Source: Promethearchaeota archaeon (GTDB lineage: Archaea > Asgardarchaeota > Lokiarchaeia > Sigyniarchaeales > SOKP01). Taken from it: a stretch of 64,000 nt of DNA. Made by a program: the position numbers and the translations under genes. Shown one piece after another: positions 37,598 to 48,164 of this stretch. The stretch covers positions 32,001 through 96,000 of the forward strand of contig RDOA01000007.1 of the NCBI GenBank assembly GCA_011364925.1, read 5' to 3'. Position 1 is the first letter of the stretch; each line of letters begins with the position of its first letter. A model generated the notes under the pieces. The model saw only the letters and a list, made by a program, of their open reading frames with translations. It ran no database searches and was not told where the DNA came from.

Positions 37598-40594
37598 ATG
37601 AATAATGCAAGACATATTTCAATCTTGGGAATCATCTCTCTCGGATTAATCTTTAGTTTATCGTTCTTTAATTTCGCGACGTTGATTCCCGATAAAAAAA
37701 CTGATACTTTAGCCCTAATTAATCCCAAAAGTTCTTCAATTGATCCTTTCCTTTATGAAGACTATTTAACAATAGGAGGGAGTTACATCGCAATATCTAG
37801 CGATATCAAATTGGATAGCTCAAATAATATCTACATTACCGGTTCACTACAACTCGATGAAACTGAGGATACTGAAGCTTTTCTAGCTAAATTTGACAAT
37901 ACTGGATCTCAATTGTGGTTTATAACATGGGGTGGTGATTATGCTGATTCTGGAGGGGGAATTGCGTTCGATTCCACGGGCAATGTATACATGGGAGGAT
38001 CAACATCCAGTTTTGGTCCGGCCGTACCTGATGCAAACTGGTTTTTAGCAAAATTTGATAGTTCAGGTAATCAACTGTGGAATTATTCATGGGGAACTGG
38101 TGAAGGAGAATGGGGAGGAGCAATAGTCGTAGATTCAGCGGATTATATTTATTACACTGGTTCCACTTGGGGTCACGGAGGACCTTCGGCAAATGTAGGA
38201 TTAATAAAGTTCAGTAGTGCCGGAGTACTTCAATGGGACCGTTATTGGGGTCCCGGTGGTTATGACTCCCCTAGAGATATAGCCATTGATGCTTCAGACA
38301 ATATTTACATTATTGCTGGTTCTGATACAAGGAGTCTCGGAGGCAGGGATGTAGCACTGATTAAATACAATAGTGCGGGAACGTTACAATGGGATACAGC
38401 GTGGGGCGGCACTGGTTACGACGATCCAAGAGGAATGACACTTGATACTTCAGGTAATATCTATATCACAGGAATGACGGATAGTTTTGGAGTTGGTGAT
38501 TACGATATTTTTGTTACGAAATTCGATGGAACACCTACTCAGCTCTGGAATTTCACATGGGGAGGTGTCAATTCAGATATTCCAAGAGCAATCGCAGTAG
38601 ATACGGCTAACAACATGTATATTGGCGGTCATACCGAGAGTTTTGGTTCTGGAGATAGCGATATAGTTACAATTAAATACGACAATACTAGAGTTCAGCA
38701 ATGGAATAAAACTTGGGGAGGAACTGGTTACGAGGAATGTACAGATTTGCAGATTGATTCTTCAAATTATACGTATATCACAGGGCAAGTTAATAGCTTC
38801 AATACGGTATCTACAAATGTTTTGTTACTTAAATACAATAATTCAGGTAATGAAGAATGGTATAAATCTTGGGATGGAGAAAGTAGGGATGAATGTCGAG
38901 AAATAGCTTTTGATTTGCAAGGAAATTATTATTTGGCGGGGTTTACCGAAACCTTTGGTGGAATGAGCGCAGATTCAATAGTGATTAAATATAACCAAGC
39001 AGGCATTCACCAATGGAACGCAACTTGGGGTGGAGATAAACGAGATGAAACAAATGCTCTCGCTGTAGATCTCCTTGGAAATATATATGTGACTGGAGAA
39101 ACCGAGAGTTTTGGACCAGGAGATACGTGTGCATTCCTTTTAAAGTATAATTCAACTGGAGATTTGCAATGGAATTATACATGGGGAGGAGCTTATCTCG
39201 ATGCCGGAAGTGGACTTGTTATCGATTCTTCATTTAATGTGTATATGGGCGGTTCAACATCAAGCTTTGGTCCAGCCGTACCCGATGCAAACTGGTTTTT
39301 GGCAAAGTTTGATAGTTCAGGTAATCAACTGTGGAATTATTCATGGGGAACTGGTGAAGGAGAATGGGGAGGTCGTATTGCTATAGATTCTACAGACCAT
39401 ATATATTATATAGGATCGACTTGGGGTCACGGAGGGCCTTCGGCAAATGTAGGATTAGTTAAATTTAACAGTTCAGGAGATCTAGAATGGGCTCGTTATT
39501 GGGGACCTGGTGGATATGATTCTCCAAGAGATATAGTTATCGATTCCTCTAACTATATCTATATCGTAGCAGGGTCGGATACTCGGGGTTACGGCGGTAG
39601 AGATGTGGCGTTAATTGTGTACGATGATTCTGGAACGCTACAATGGACTGATAGTTGGGGGAGTAGCGGATTTGACGATCCAAAAGCATTAACATTAGAC
39701 AGCGAAGGTAATATTTACGTTACCGGAGTAACTGACAGCTTTGGTAATGGAGATTACGATGTTTTTACCTTACTTATTGAAGAATCCAGTTCAATCCAAA
39801 GAGTGAAGATCTTTGGGTCTAATGAAGACGAGGAAAGTCGTGATATAAAGGTAAATTGGGCAGACGATGTGTTCATCGGAGGGTTTACAGAAAGTTTCTG
39901 CACAGGAAGCGGCGATATGTTGATGCTTACTTATGAAATGGATCTTCTTCCTCCAATTATTTCGATAATCGATCCAGCACCAAATGAATTTTGTGGTGTA
40001 AATGGACCAGATTATGAAATAATTATAACGGAAGATAATCCTGATACTCTTTGGTATACACTAGACGGTGGCATAACTAATGTTTCACTTTCAGGACTCA
40101 TAGGTACGATCGATCAAACCGAATGGAGTAAATGTGGCAACGGTACCGTAGATATAACCATTTATGCTAGAGATTTATCTGGATTTGAGTTATTCGAAAC
40201 AGTAACAGTAAAGAAGGATATTATCGCCCCCGTTTCTGAGATTGATTATACACCATACAGCGGAACTAACCAAGTAATTGCAACTACACCATATACTTTG
40301 AGTGCCAGCGATGGAGGTGGGTGTGGAGTTGCTGTAATTAGATATAGAATAGACTCTGATACTTGGACCGATTATACTGGGGCTTTTACACTAGGAAGTT
40401 TAAGTCCAGGATCGCATCAAATAGAATTTTATTCTGTAGACGATTTGGACAATGTAGAAGATATTCAGAGTATTAATGTTCAACTTATTGAACTTCCACC
40501 AGAAATTAGTGGATACAACCTTTTAATATTATTGAGTATAATCGGAATCGTAACTCTGTTGCTTCTGCGAAAAAAATTTAGATCAAAATTTTAA
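37598..40594 (+). CDS. Cell-surface protein: double SBBP-type beta-propeller, Ig-like/beta-barrel domains, Loki-CTERM-like sorting tail
   Basis: N-terminal signal helix; ~14 repeats of ~52 aa; C-terminus PPEISGYNLLILLSIIGIVTLLLLRKK. Confidence 0.9.
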   Translation: MNNARHISILGIISLGLIFSLSFFNFATLIPDKKTDTLALINPKSSSIDPFLYEDYLTIGGSYIAISSDIKLDSSNNIYITGSLQLDETEDTEAFLAKFDNTGSQLWFITWGGDYADSGGGIAFDSTGNVYMGGSTSSFGPAVPDANWFLAKFDSSGNQLWNYSWGTGEGEWGGAIVVDSADYIYYTGSTWGHGGPSANVGLIKFSSAGVLQWDRYWGPGGYDSPRDIAIDASDNIYIIAGSDTRSLGGRDVALIKYNSAGTLQWDTAWGGTGYDDPRGMTLDTSGNIYITGMTDSFGVGDYDIFVTKFDGTPTQLWNFTWGGVNSDIPRAIAVDTANNMYIGGHTESFGSGDSDIVTIKYDNTRVQQWNKTWGGTGYEECTDLQIDSSNYTYITGQVNSFNTVSTNVLLLKYNNSGNEEWYKSWDGESRDECREIAFDLQGNYYLAGFTETFGGMSADSIVIKYNQAGIHQWNATWGGDKRDETNALAVDLLGNIYVTGETESFGPGDTCAFLLKYNSTGDLQWNYTWGGAYLDAGSGLVIDSSFNVYMGGSTSSFGPAVPDANWFLAKFDSSGNQLWNYSWGTGEGEWGGRIAIDSTDHIYYIGSTWGHGGPSANVGLVKFNSSGDLEWARYWGPGGYDSPRDIVIDSSNYIYIVAGSDTRGYGGRDVALIVYDDSGTLQWTDSWGSSGFDDPKALTLDSEGNIYVTGVTDSFGNGDYDVFTLLIEESSSIQRVKIFGSNEDEESRDIKVNWADDVFIGGFTESFCTGSGDMLMLTYEMDLLPPIISIIDPAPNEFCGVNGPDYEIIITEDNPDTLWYTLDGGITNVSLSGLIGTIDQTEWSKCGNGTVDITIYARDLSGFELFETVTVKKDIIAPVSEIDYTPYSGTNQVIATTPYTLSASDGGGCGVAVIRYRIDSDTWTDYTGAFTLGSLSPGSHQIEFYSVDDLDNVEDIQSINVQLIELPPEISGYNLLILLSIIGIVTLLLLRKKFRSKF
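38054..39372 (+). repeat. Intragenic direct repeat, offset 1254 bp; identical 65-bp core (38054-38118 and 39308-39372)
   Basis: tttgatagttcaggtaatcaactgtggaattattcatggggaactggtgaaggagaatggggagg occurs twice. Confidence 0.92.
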
Positions 40595-40734
40595 TTTTTT
40601 TTTTCTATTTTATAAGCAAAATTAATAGCACGATTCAGATGTAAAACTGCTTCTTCTAAATATAAAGCTGCTAAGAAAAATTTTATATTACCGTAATGAT
40701 TCATAAATTCAAGAATTAAACGAGGTCCTATTAT

Positions 40735-41676
40735 TTGAAAGATCCTATTATTCAGACATTTAGTTTAACTAAAGCCTTTAAAGATGTCATAGCGGTCAAA
40801 AATTTAAACTTAAAAGTCTCAAGAGGGATATATGGACTCCTAGGACTTAATGGAGCGGGAAAAACAACCACGATAAAAATGATGGTTGGTTCATTGTTTC
40901 CAACTCAAGGTAGTATCGAAATATTTGGTCAAAATATTCATAGAAATGCAAAAATGGACATTCATAAACGAATTGGCTATGTTCCTGAACACCCAACGTA
41001 TTTTTTATCAATGACCGCAGAAAAATTACTCACTTATATCGGTTCAGTGTTTCAGATGTCTATCCAAGAAATCAAGAGAAGGATAACTGAACTCCTTAGA
41101 CTTGTAGAATTAACTGATGCGAAATCACGCATAATCGCAAAGTATTCTGCTGGAATGAAACAAAGGATTGGTATTGCTCAAGCGTTAATGAACGATCCTG
41201 AACTTTTAATTTTAGACGAGATTACCTCAAATTTAGACCCAATTGGGCGGAATCAAATGATAGAATTGCTAAAGGACCTCAAAAAACAGGGTAAAACAAT
41301 TTTCATATCCACTCATGTTTTACCTGAGATACAAAAGATGAACGCAGATTCTATTGCTATTATTGATCACGGTCATCTTATTATGGAAGGAACTGTTGAC
41401 AAATTAAATGAGGAACTTAAAACAAAAGAAATCGTAATAAGTCCAAACCATAAATTGCTTCGGGAAGCTCTTTTTTCAGTCGTGTCAAACATCAAAGAAG
41501 AAGAAGATACATTAGTAGTTAATACTGACAAATTAGACGAAGTCTGGCAATTAATCGCTAAAGTCGCTCTTCAAAATAATATTCTTATCAAGGAATTTCG
41601 CTCTACTTTTCTAAATATCGAACAAATTTTTATGAAAGCGTTAAACTCCAAACAAATTGAGGGGATTGAAAAATGA
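40735..41676 (+). CDS. ABC-2 type exporter ATP-binding protein
   Basis: GLNGAGKTT, YSAGMKQR, LILDE, STH. Confidence 0.94.
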   Translation: MKDPIIQTFSLTKAFKDVIAVKNLNLKVSRGIYGLLGLNGAGKTTTIKMMVGSLFPTQGSIEIFGQNIHRNAKMDIHKRIGYVPEHPTYFLSMTAEKLLTYIGSVFQMSIQEIKRRITELLRLVELTDAKSRIIAKYSAGMKQRIGIAQALMNDPELLILDEITSNLDPIGRNQMIELLKDLKKQGKTIFISTHVLPEIQKMNADSIAIIDHGHLIMEGTVDKLNEELKTKEIVISPNHKLLREALFSVVSNIKEEEDTLVVNTDKLDEVWQLIAKVALQNNILIKEFRSTFLNIEQIFMKALNSKQIEGIEK

Positions 41677-43559
41677 ATAACATAATTAAGAAGCTATATT
41701 TAGGAAAATTCTCAACCCTTATCCTTTCTTTATTTATTATTGGATTAGTCATGACTTATTTTACACTCCTTAATAATAATCAAGTTAAAACATATTCTCA
41801 AGATATTTCTGCTCCACTCCAAAATAGCATAACTTTTGAAAGTGGATATATCCTGATTGAAAATCAAACCATCTCTGAAGATCTTATTATTAAATTCACT
41901 GCAAGCGTTACTTTTGTGAATTCTACTCTGTTAGGTAGCGTTTATATGTTCAACACTGGGAATCTTTTTATACTTCAAAATTCATCCATAACGCAGAACG
42001 TTGTGATTTCAGATTACTCATATCTCTATATAGCGAATTCTACAGTTGGAGGTTCTATTGAATCTAGAGACACAACAATTATGGAACTATCCAGTTGTTA
42101 TACTCCTTTAACGACAGTTTGGAAATTTGATTCCGCGACTATTCTTATAAATAGTAGTATCATTTCCACATTTAATGAGTTTGGAACTGGTGGAAACACT
42201 TATATCATAGATTCACAAATCACTTTAGTTTCATTGAATGGATTACCAACCTCACAGACATTCATTACGAATTCTGATATACTCATTTTAAATGATTTGG
42301 TGTTTCCTGCAGTCTATATTACTGGACCAGTTAGATTCAGTATTCTTACATTTAATGCAAGCTATTCTACATCTGAGCGAATTATTAACCTTACTTGGAT
42401 AGGATGGGATAGCCCAATCATAAACGGTTATGTCAATATTACATTTGAAATCTTTTTGGATAACCAACTCTATACCGAAATTAATGGTTCTGGTTTCTTT
42501 AATCAGAACATTAGAAGCTACCAAATGCAAATACCGGAGCCAGGCAAACATAATATAACCATTGTATCGATCGATAGTAAAGGGAATAGCTATTCGTCTA
42601 CGATCATTATTGAGATAATCAACTATCCTACATTTCCTTGGATACCTTTCGTTATAATTGTAGCAGTTATTATAGGGGTTATCGTCGCGTTGATGATTTG
42701 GATAAAGAATAAACGGAAACGCGGGTACTTTAGTTCAATAGGAACAATATTTAAAACAGAATTGGTTGCAAGCAAGAAAAAACTTCTAATACTAGGGGTT
42801 ACAAGTGTTATTCCGGGGTTAATCCTCTTTTTTTCCTTTTTTGTGATAAACCAATTTATTGGCTCGATGGCAATTGATGGTATTAGAGATTTCATTAATA
42901 TGTTCTTTAATTTTTATATTTACTATTTTGGATTAATCTTTAGTATTAGTGTAGGTGCTGGATCTGTAGCTAGCGCGAAAAAAAATGGGACTCTATCGTG
43001 GTTTTTTAGCAAGCCGGTAAGAAGGTGGGAGTTTCTTTGGGGTAAAATATTTTCTTTTATCGTAATGATTATCATCACTATGATTTTCGTCTCGATATCG
43101 TTTACTCTCAGTGCCTTGTTTTTCATAGATCCAATATACATCGGAGATATTCTTTCTATAGGGGGATATATATTTCTTATAGGTCTAATAGCTCTAATCC
43201 CTTTAACAGCGTTAGTTGTGTTTTGTTCAAGTGTGTTTAAAAAAATTGGTTTAGCATATGTAATACCCATTGTATTTTTTATGGCGTTACCTACGATAAC
43301 TAGTTTTCTCCCAATTTTAGCGGGAAGTGATTGGCCAATGCTCTTTTCGTTCACATTTTACTTTGAACAACTTTCTAAAGTCTGGATTTCTAATATAGGT
43401 GGATTATTTGGTTCAATTGGAACTTATGGTGAATTATTAGGTATTACCATTACGCCTTTAACATTAGAACCCATAATGGTTATTCTGATAATGCTGAGTT
43501 TAGCTGTAATATTTTTTGGACTTGCTACAATAATTTTCCAAAGACAAGATATCCCTTAA
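41673..43559 (+). CDS. ABC-2 type permease with a large N-terminal extracytoplasmic (beta-helix-like plus Ig-like) domain
   Basis: ATGA overlap with the ATPase; KNGTLSWFFSKPVRRWEFLWGK; C-terminal FQRQDI; S/T/N/I-rich ectodomain. Confidence 0.87.
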   Translation: MNNIIKKLYLGKFSTLILSLFIIGLVMTYFTLLNNNQVKTYSQDISAPLQNSITFESGYILIENQTISEDLIIKFTASVTFVNSTLLGSVYMFNTGNLFILQNSSITQNVVISDYSYLYIANSTVGGSIESRDTTIMELSSCYTPLTTVWKFDSATILINSSIISTFNEFGTGGNTYIIDSQITLVSLNGLPTSQTFITNSDILILNDLVFPAVYITGPVRFSILTFNASYSTSERIINLTWIGWDSPIINGYVNITFEIFLDNQLYTEINGSGFFNQNIRSYQMQIPEPGKHNITIVSIDSKGNSYSSTIIIEIINYPTFPWIPFVIIVAVIIGVIVALMIWIKNKRKRGYFSSIGTIFKTELVASKKKLLILGVTSVIPGLILFFSFFVINQFIGSMAIDGIRDFINMFFNFYIYYFGLIFSISVGAGSVASAKKNGTLSWFFSKPVRRWEFLWGKIFSFIVMIIITMIFVSISFTLSALFFIDPIYIGDILSIGGYIFLIGLIALIPLTALVVFCSSVFKKIGLAYVIPIVFFMALPTITSFLPILAGSDWPMLFSFTFYFEQLSKVWISNIGGLFGSIGTYGELLGITITPLTLEPIMVILIMLSLAVIFFGLATIIFQRQDIP

Positions 43560-43600
43560 GAATAAAATATAGAAGGTTTTGTAAAGAAAGAAGAAGAACC

Positions 43601-44923
43601 TTAATTTATTTGATAAAATTCTTCTTCGAATTCAGGCTTTCCTTGATATTTTTGCATGAAGAGAAGCGGGGCTTTTTCGAGATTTTTGAAAATGTACGAT
43701 GGTACTTTGATCCCTGCTTGTTTTAGTGCATTTTGTACGTTCTCAGGTTGAGGTGGGCAACCATCAATTGCGATGAGCTCATTAATATTTGGATGGTCTT
43801 TATTTAAATTGTATTGGCATTGACCTAGTAAGATTGTCTTATTCATTCCTTCAGAAGGCTCCATGATTTTTCCCGTAAGTATTTCAACATTATCGAAATC
43901 TTCACCTTTCCATGCAGATTTAATTGCTGTTAAGATTACGCCATTGTAGAAACTACAGTAAGTACATATCGTTTCGTCGTACTTGGGATAACTAATTCCC
44001 CCTATTCCTGCTTTTGCATAAGCTAATGGCAGAGTGTTGTTCTTTTCGTAGATAAAATCCCATCCATGTGGTACAGCAAGATCATCAATTCTTTCTCCTT
44101 TAACTTCAATATCCGATAAGTCAATTGGGCGATTTCTATCTTTTGCCGCTTGAACTAAATGAGGAACGGCGATAGGATCAATACCTAGAAGATTTGAACC
44201 AACTAAATCAGCTGAGAGTATGTTAGTTGAAGCTACAATTATATCGCTTCTATGGGCTTTACCATCAAAAGTAGGACCTCGTTCTAACGTATATATCCCA
44301 TCTATGATTGTTAACCCGGGAGGTGCTTTGTTTGCTAATTGCGACACGTTATAGTGTAGATTATATTTTGGGTCATCTCCATGAAATTTTTTACGCGATG
44401 GGATATTGATCGTCCCTTTTAAATTTTTTATTCCTAAACTCACGACACATTGCGCGTGAGTTTTTAGAACGGGTACATCAATAAGAAAGTCCGAATGAAG
44501 CATATCTGCGTTCATTTTTGCTGTGACTCCTTCAGCTAACTCAACCTTTTCAAACTGTCTCTGAAATATGTCGTATACTTTCACTCCATATCGTTTTTTA
44601 AAGATATTATAACCAAGCTTTTCGAAAGCATCTTCGGCAGTTTCTCTATCTTTTGGATTTTCCGTAACAATTCCCTCTCCGATAGATATATCCTTAACAC
44701 CTTGTTCTTTAAGAAGTATTAAAATCTCTTCCATTACAGTTGAAGTCGTAAGCATTCCCCATTTAGGAAAATCGCAATGTCTATTCCAATAAACCAAGTT
44801 AGGTTTAATGAATACTTTCGCGTTCGAGTCAAGTTTTTCAAATCCATTTGCAAGTTCGATAGCCTTTTTTACGGAATTCTTCCCTTTCTCATATTTTACT
44901 ATAGATACGATTGATTTACTCAT
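43601..44923 (-). CDS. DUF362 domain Fe-S protein
   Basis: VFIKPN, PVLKTH, SLGIKNLKG, IIDG, CxxC, GCPP. Confidence 0.88.
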   Translation of the reverse strand: MSKSIVSIVKYEKGKNSVKKAIELANGFEKLDSNAKVFIKPNLVYWNRHCDFPKWGMLTTSTVMEEILILLKEQGVKDISIGEGIVTENPKDRETAEDAFEKLGYNIFKKRYGVKVYDIFQRQFEKVELAEGVTAKMNADMLHSDFLIDVPVLKTHAQCVVSLGIKNLKGTINIPSRKKFHGDDPKYNLHYNVSQLANKAPPGLTIIDGIYTLERGPTFDGKAHRSDIIVASTNILSADLVGSNLLGIDPIAVPHLVQAAKDRNRPIDLSDIEVKGERIDDLAVPHGWDFIYEKNNTLPLAYAKAGIGGISYPKYDETICTYCSFYNGVILTAIKSAWKGEDFDNVEILTGKIMEPSEGMNKTILLGQCQYNLNKDHPNINELIAIDGCPPQPENVQNALKQAGIKVPSYIFKNLEKAPLLFMQKYQGKPEFEEEFYQIN

Positions 44924-45101
44924 ACCGATATACCATTTTCTTTTCTTTAATACTTTTGGTGAATTGAATATTTACTATTTTAAAAATTAAATTGTTTTTA
45001 AAATGAACCTAATGACTACTTAACATCTTTTCTGAGTCTTTCTTTAGGATAGCATTGATGTTTTATTTCGTCATCATCATCTTATATAAAAAAAAAATAG
45101 A

Positions 45102-47975
45102 TTAGAAAAAGATGCCCAACTTACGAGCTCCATATTTAACGATTTCAAAAGATACAATACAGATTAACGAAATCAAAAAGCACACTAACCAATCCAAACC
45201 TGTCAGAAACATAAACCTAAAATTTAAACCCCATTCAGCTAGCGTTACTTGAAAACCCGGAATGTACATGAGCGCGAGAAATACACTGAACAGACACCCG
45301 ATTAATAAATACATAAACTTTGTGCTGTCTTCTTTAATGCTCTTAATCAACGATTTATTAGGTCTGCGAATTTGAAAAACTAAAAACGATTCACAAAAGA
45401 ATAATGTAACCATGAGCATCGTAAGAGTTTTTGCTTCTTGAGGATAGACCCATACATCTAAAAGAGGTATATATTCTGGAAAGGTAACATAACCTCCACT
45501 TAAGCCACCAAAGTTGAGATTTTCTGGAAACACCGGATAAACTCCCGTAATTGTGGTGAAATAGACTACAAACATACTAATCGATAATAAAGCTCCAAAG
45601 ACAAATAAAAGAATAACAGTTTTTTTTGAAAGAATCTCTTCTTCATCGTGAGGCTTTTGTTTCATAACATCCTTCGATGTTCTATCAAAAGTGAGAATAA
45701 GCCCCGGAAATAAGTGCAATGTGACTGAGAGGAAATACCATTGGAATAAAAATGCTTTATCTAAGAAATAGGGAAATTTTAATATTATAGACAGAATAAA
45801 CTGAACAATTCCTTCAAAAACATTAATACAAATGTAAAAGAACACTACAGCTCTTATACGCGAAAATATTCCACGCCCTTGTTTGATCCCCGTAACTATT
45901 GAATTAAATGAATCGTCGCTTATAATCATATCAGCGGCTTCTTTGCTTACATCTGTTCCTTGAATCCCCATAGCAATGCCAGCATCTGCCATATTAAGAG
46001 CTAAAGCATCGTTCACTCCATCACCTGTCATAGCTACGACTTGATTCGCGTCTTGATATTTTTCTATAATTTCTTGTTTATGTTCAGGAGATACTCTTGC
46101 AAACACTTTAATTTTGCTGAAATCATAAAACGAACTTACATCCTTTATTTCTTTTCCTTCAACCACAGTTTCATCTTCACTTTGGATTATTGAAATCTGC
46201 TTAGCAATTGCTCGAGCGGTTTTTACCGAATCTCCCGTAATCATTACAACTTCGACTCCCGCATCGTGGCATTGTTCGACGCTTTGTTTTACACCTTCTC
46301 TGGGAGGGTCTAAAATTGTACAAAATCCAATATATATCATATCGGATTCACACAATTCTCTACTTCTATCGTCTTCTGGAGGGAGAGCATCTAATTTTTT
46401 ATAACATAAACTTAAAATCCTAAAGCCCTTTTCAGCATAAGCATCTGCAATCTTCATAATCTTTTCCTTAATCTCATCTGTGAGATCTAACTCTTGGTCT
46501 TTATATAGAACTTTTTTACATAGTGGCAATAATATCTCGCTCGCACCTTTAGTGAAGGAATAATACTTATCCTCTCGCTTATAAATTTTAGTCATCCGCT
46601 TTACTTTAGAATCAAACGGATATTCTTTAATATACTCGAAATCTTCAAGTAAATAATCTCCCATTCCTTTTTGAAAAAGTACCATTAAAGCACCTTCGGT
46701 TGGAGAGCCAATAACGTTCCAGTTTGGAATTACTTTTCCCGATACTACAACTTCATTTTTTACCAAAGCTGAATTATTATTTAGAAAACCTGAAGTGAGG
46801 AGCAATTTGAGTTGAGGAAAATCATCAATATGCTTTACGATTACAGAATTTTTGGGATCATCTATTAAAATAATTTCTCCTTCTGGACTATATCCGCTAC
46901 CTGTAACCTTATAAGTTGAACCGTTTGTCCAAACATGTTGAATTGACATTTGGTTTTTAGTTAACGTGCCGGTTTTATCCGAACAAACTACGCTTACACG
47001 TCCAAGACTATCTACTGAAGCTAAATTTCTGATAATTACCCCATGTTGAGCCATAGCTAACACCCCAGTTAGTAGGATAATTGTAACGAGTAGGGGAATA
47101 TTAATTGGAAGCAAATCTAAAGCGGAATTCAAGCTCTTTACTACATCAATAGTACCGTATGCAAAATAAAGTATGATTAATATAATAAACCAGACTCCAA
47201 AGACAATTAATCCAAGCCATTTTCCAAAGTTGTTCATTTTCTGTCGAATAGGAATATCTGAAGTACCAGCTTCTTCTAGTCCTCGCGAAATCTTTCCAAT
47301 TTCTGTATCTTTTCCCGTTTTTACTGCTATTGCAGTAGCATTACCTGTCGTGACAAAAGTTCCATAAAAAACCATATTATGTTTTTCACCAATTGAAATA
47401 TCTTCTTTCTTTAGAGCAGTACCTTCTTGAGTTTTCCTTACAGGCTCTGATTCACCAGTAAGACTAGACTCATTAACTTCGAGATTAGAAGATTGGACTA
47501 ATCTGCCATCTGCTGGTACTCTATCTCCCTGTTTTAAAACTAGTAGGTCTCCTGTTACAACATTTTTAGTCGGTATGTCAGCTTTTTTTCCATTTCGGAT
47601 AACAGTAGTAGTAGGAGCAGTCATCTCTCGTAATGCGTTTAACTTTTTTGTTGCTCTATATTGCTGAATGATTGCTACAAAACAATTAAGAGCTACTATT
47701 CCCAAGGTGAGAAGGATAAAAACTAAATCTTTTTCCCCACCAAAAACTGAGGCTAGAAATAAAATTAACGCCCCAATTAAGTATATCACAATCAACCAAT
47801 TAAATAACGGAGCAAGATAGATTTTAATAAAACCTTTAGATGCTTTAGGAATTTCGTTAGGCCCGTATTGTTCTAGCCTTTTTTGGGCTTCAGCATCCGA
47901 TAAACCTTTAGTAGAGTTAGTTTGAAATTTGTTGTAGATTTGCTCTAACTCCACATTAAAATAAGTCTCTTCCAT
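45102..47975 (-). CDS. P-type ATPase (type II-like scaffold, atypical membrane site), paralog 1
   Basis: TGES, DKTGT, KGA, DPPR, MITGD, TGDGVND; M4 PINIP. Confidence 0.95.
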   Translation of the reverse strand: MEETYFNVELEQIYNKFQTNSTKGLSDAEAQKRLEQYGPNEIPKASKGFIKIYLAPLFNWLIVIYLIGALILFLASVFGGEKDLVFILLTLGIVALNCFVAIIQQYRATKKLNALREMTAPTTTVIRNGKKADIPTKNVVTGDLLVLKQGDRVPADGRLVQSSNLEVNESSLTGESEPVRKTQEGTALKKEDISIGEKHNMVFYGTFVTTGNATAIAVKTGKDTEIGKISRGLEEAGTSDIPIRQKMNNFGKWLGLIVFGVWFIILIILYFAYGTIDVVKSLNSALDLLPINIPLLVTIILLTGVLAMAQHGVIIRNLASVDSLGRVSVVCSDKTGTLTKNQMSIQHVWTNGSTYKVTGSGYSPEGEIILIDDPKNSVIVKHIDDFPQLKLLLTSGFLNNNSALVKNEVVVSGKVIPNWNVIGSPTEGALMVLFQKGMGDYLLEDFEYIKEYPFDSKVKRMTKIYKREDKYYSFTKGASEILLPLCKKVLYKDQELDLTDEIKEKIMKIADAYAEKGFRILSLCYKKLDALPPEDDRSRELCESDMIYIGFCTILDPPREGVKQSVEQCHDAGVEVVMITGDSVKTARAIAKQISIIQSEDETVVEGKEIKDVSSFYDFSKIKVFARVSPEHKQEIIEKYQDANQVVAMTGDGVNDALALNMADAGIAMGIQGTDVSKEAADMIISDDSFNSIVTGIKQGRGIFSRIRAVVFFYICINVFEGIVQFILSIILKFPYFLDKAFLFQWYFLSVTLHLFPGLILTFDRTSKDVMKQKPHDEEEILSKKTVILLFVFGALLSISMFVVYFTTITGVYPVFPENLNFGGLSGGYVTFPEYIPLLDVWVYPQEAKTLTMLMVTLFFCESFLVFQIRRPNKSLIKSIKEDSTKFMYLLIGCLFSVFLALMYIPGFQVTLAEWGLNFRFMFLTGLDWLVCFLISLICIVSFEIVKYGARKLGIFF

Positions 47976-48164
47976 GAAACATTCTCCCGCGACTATTAAT
48001 GATTTTATAGTTGATTATATTAAACATTTATATTAAATTTAGAATAACATTTCTTATTTTTATTTTATAGTATTTTTGTTAATAAAATTAGATATGAAAA
48101 CAAAAAGCACCTTTACTTATTAAACCTTTAAAAGCCTTTAAATGAGATAATAACAGAGAATTAA

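Noticed and set aside
37975-39440. Near-identical repeat pair as a DGR template/variable repeat
   Set aside because: Both copies are in-frame parts of one gene, differences are mostly synonymous rather than adenine-specific, and there is no reverse transcriptase in the window.
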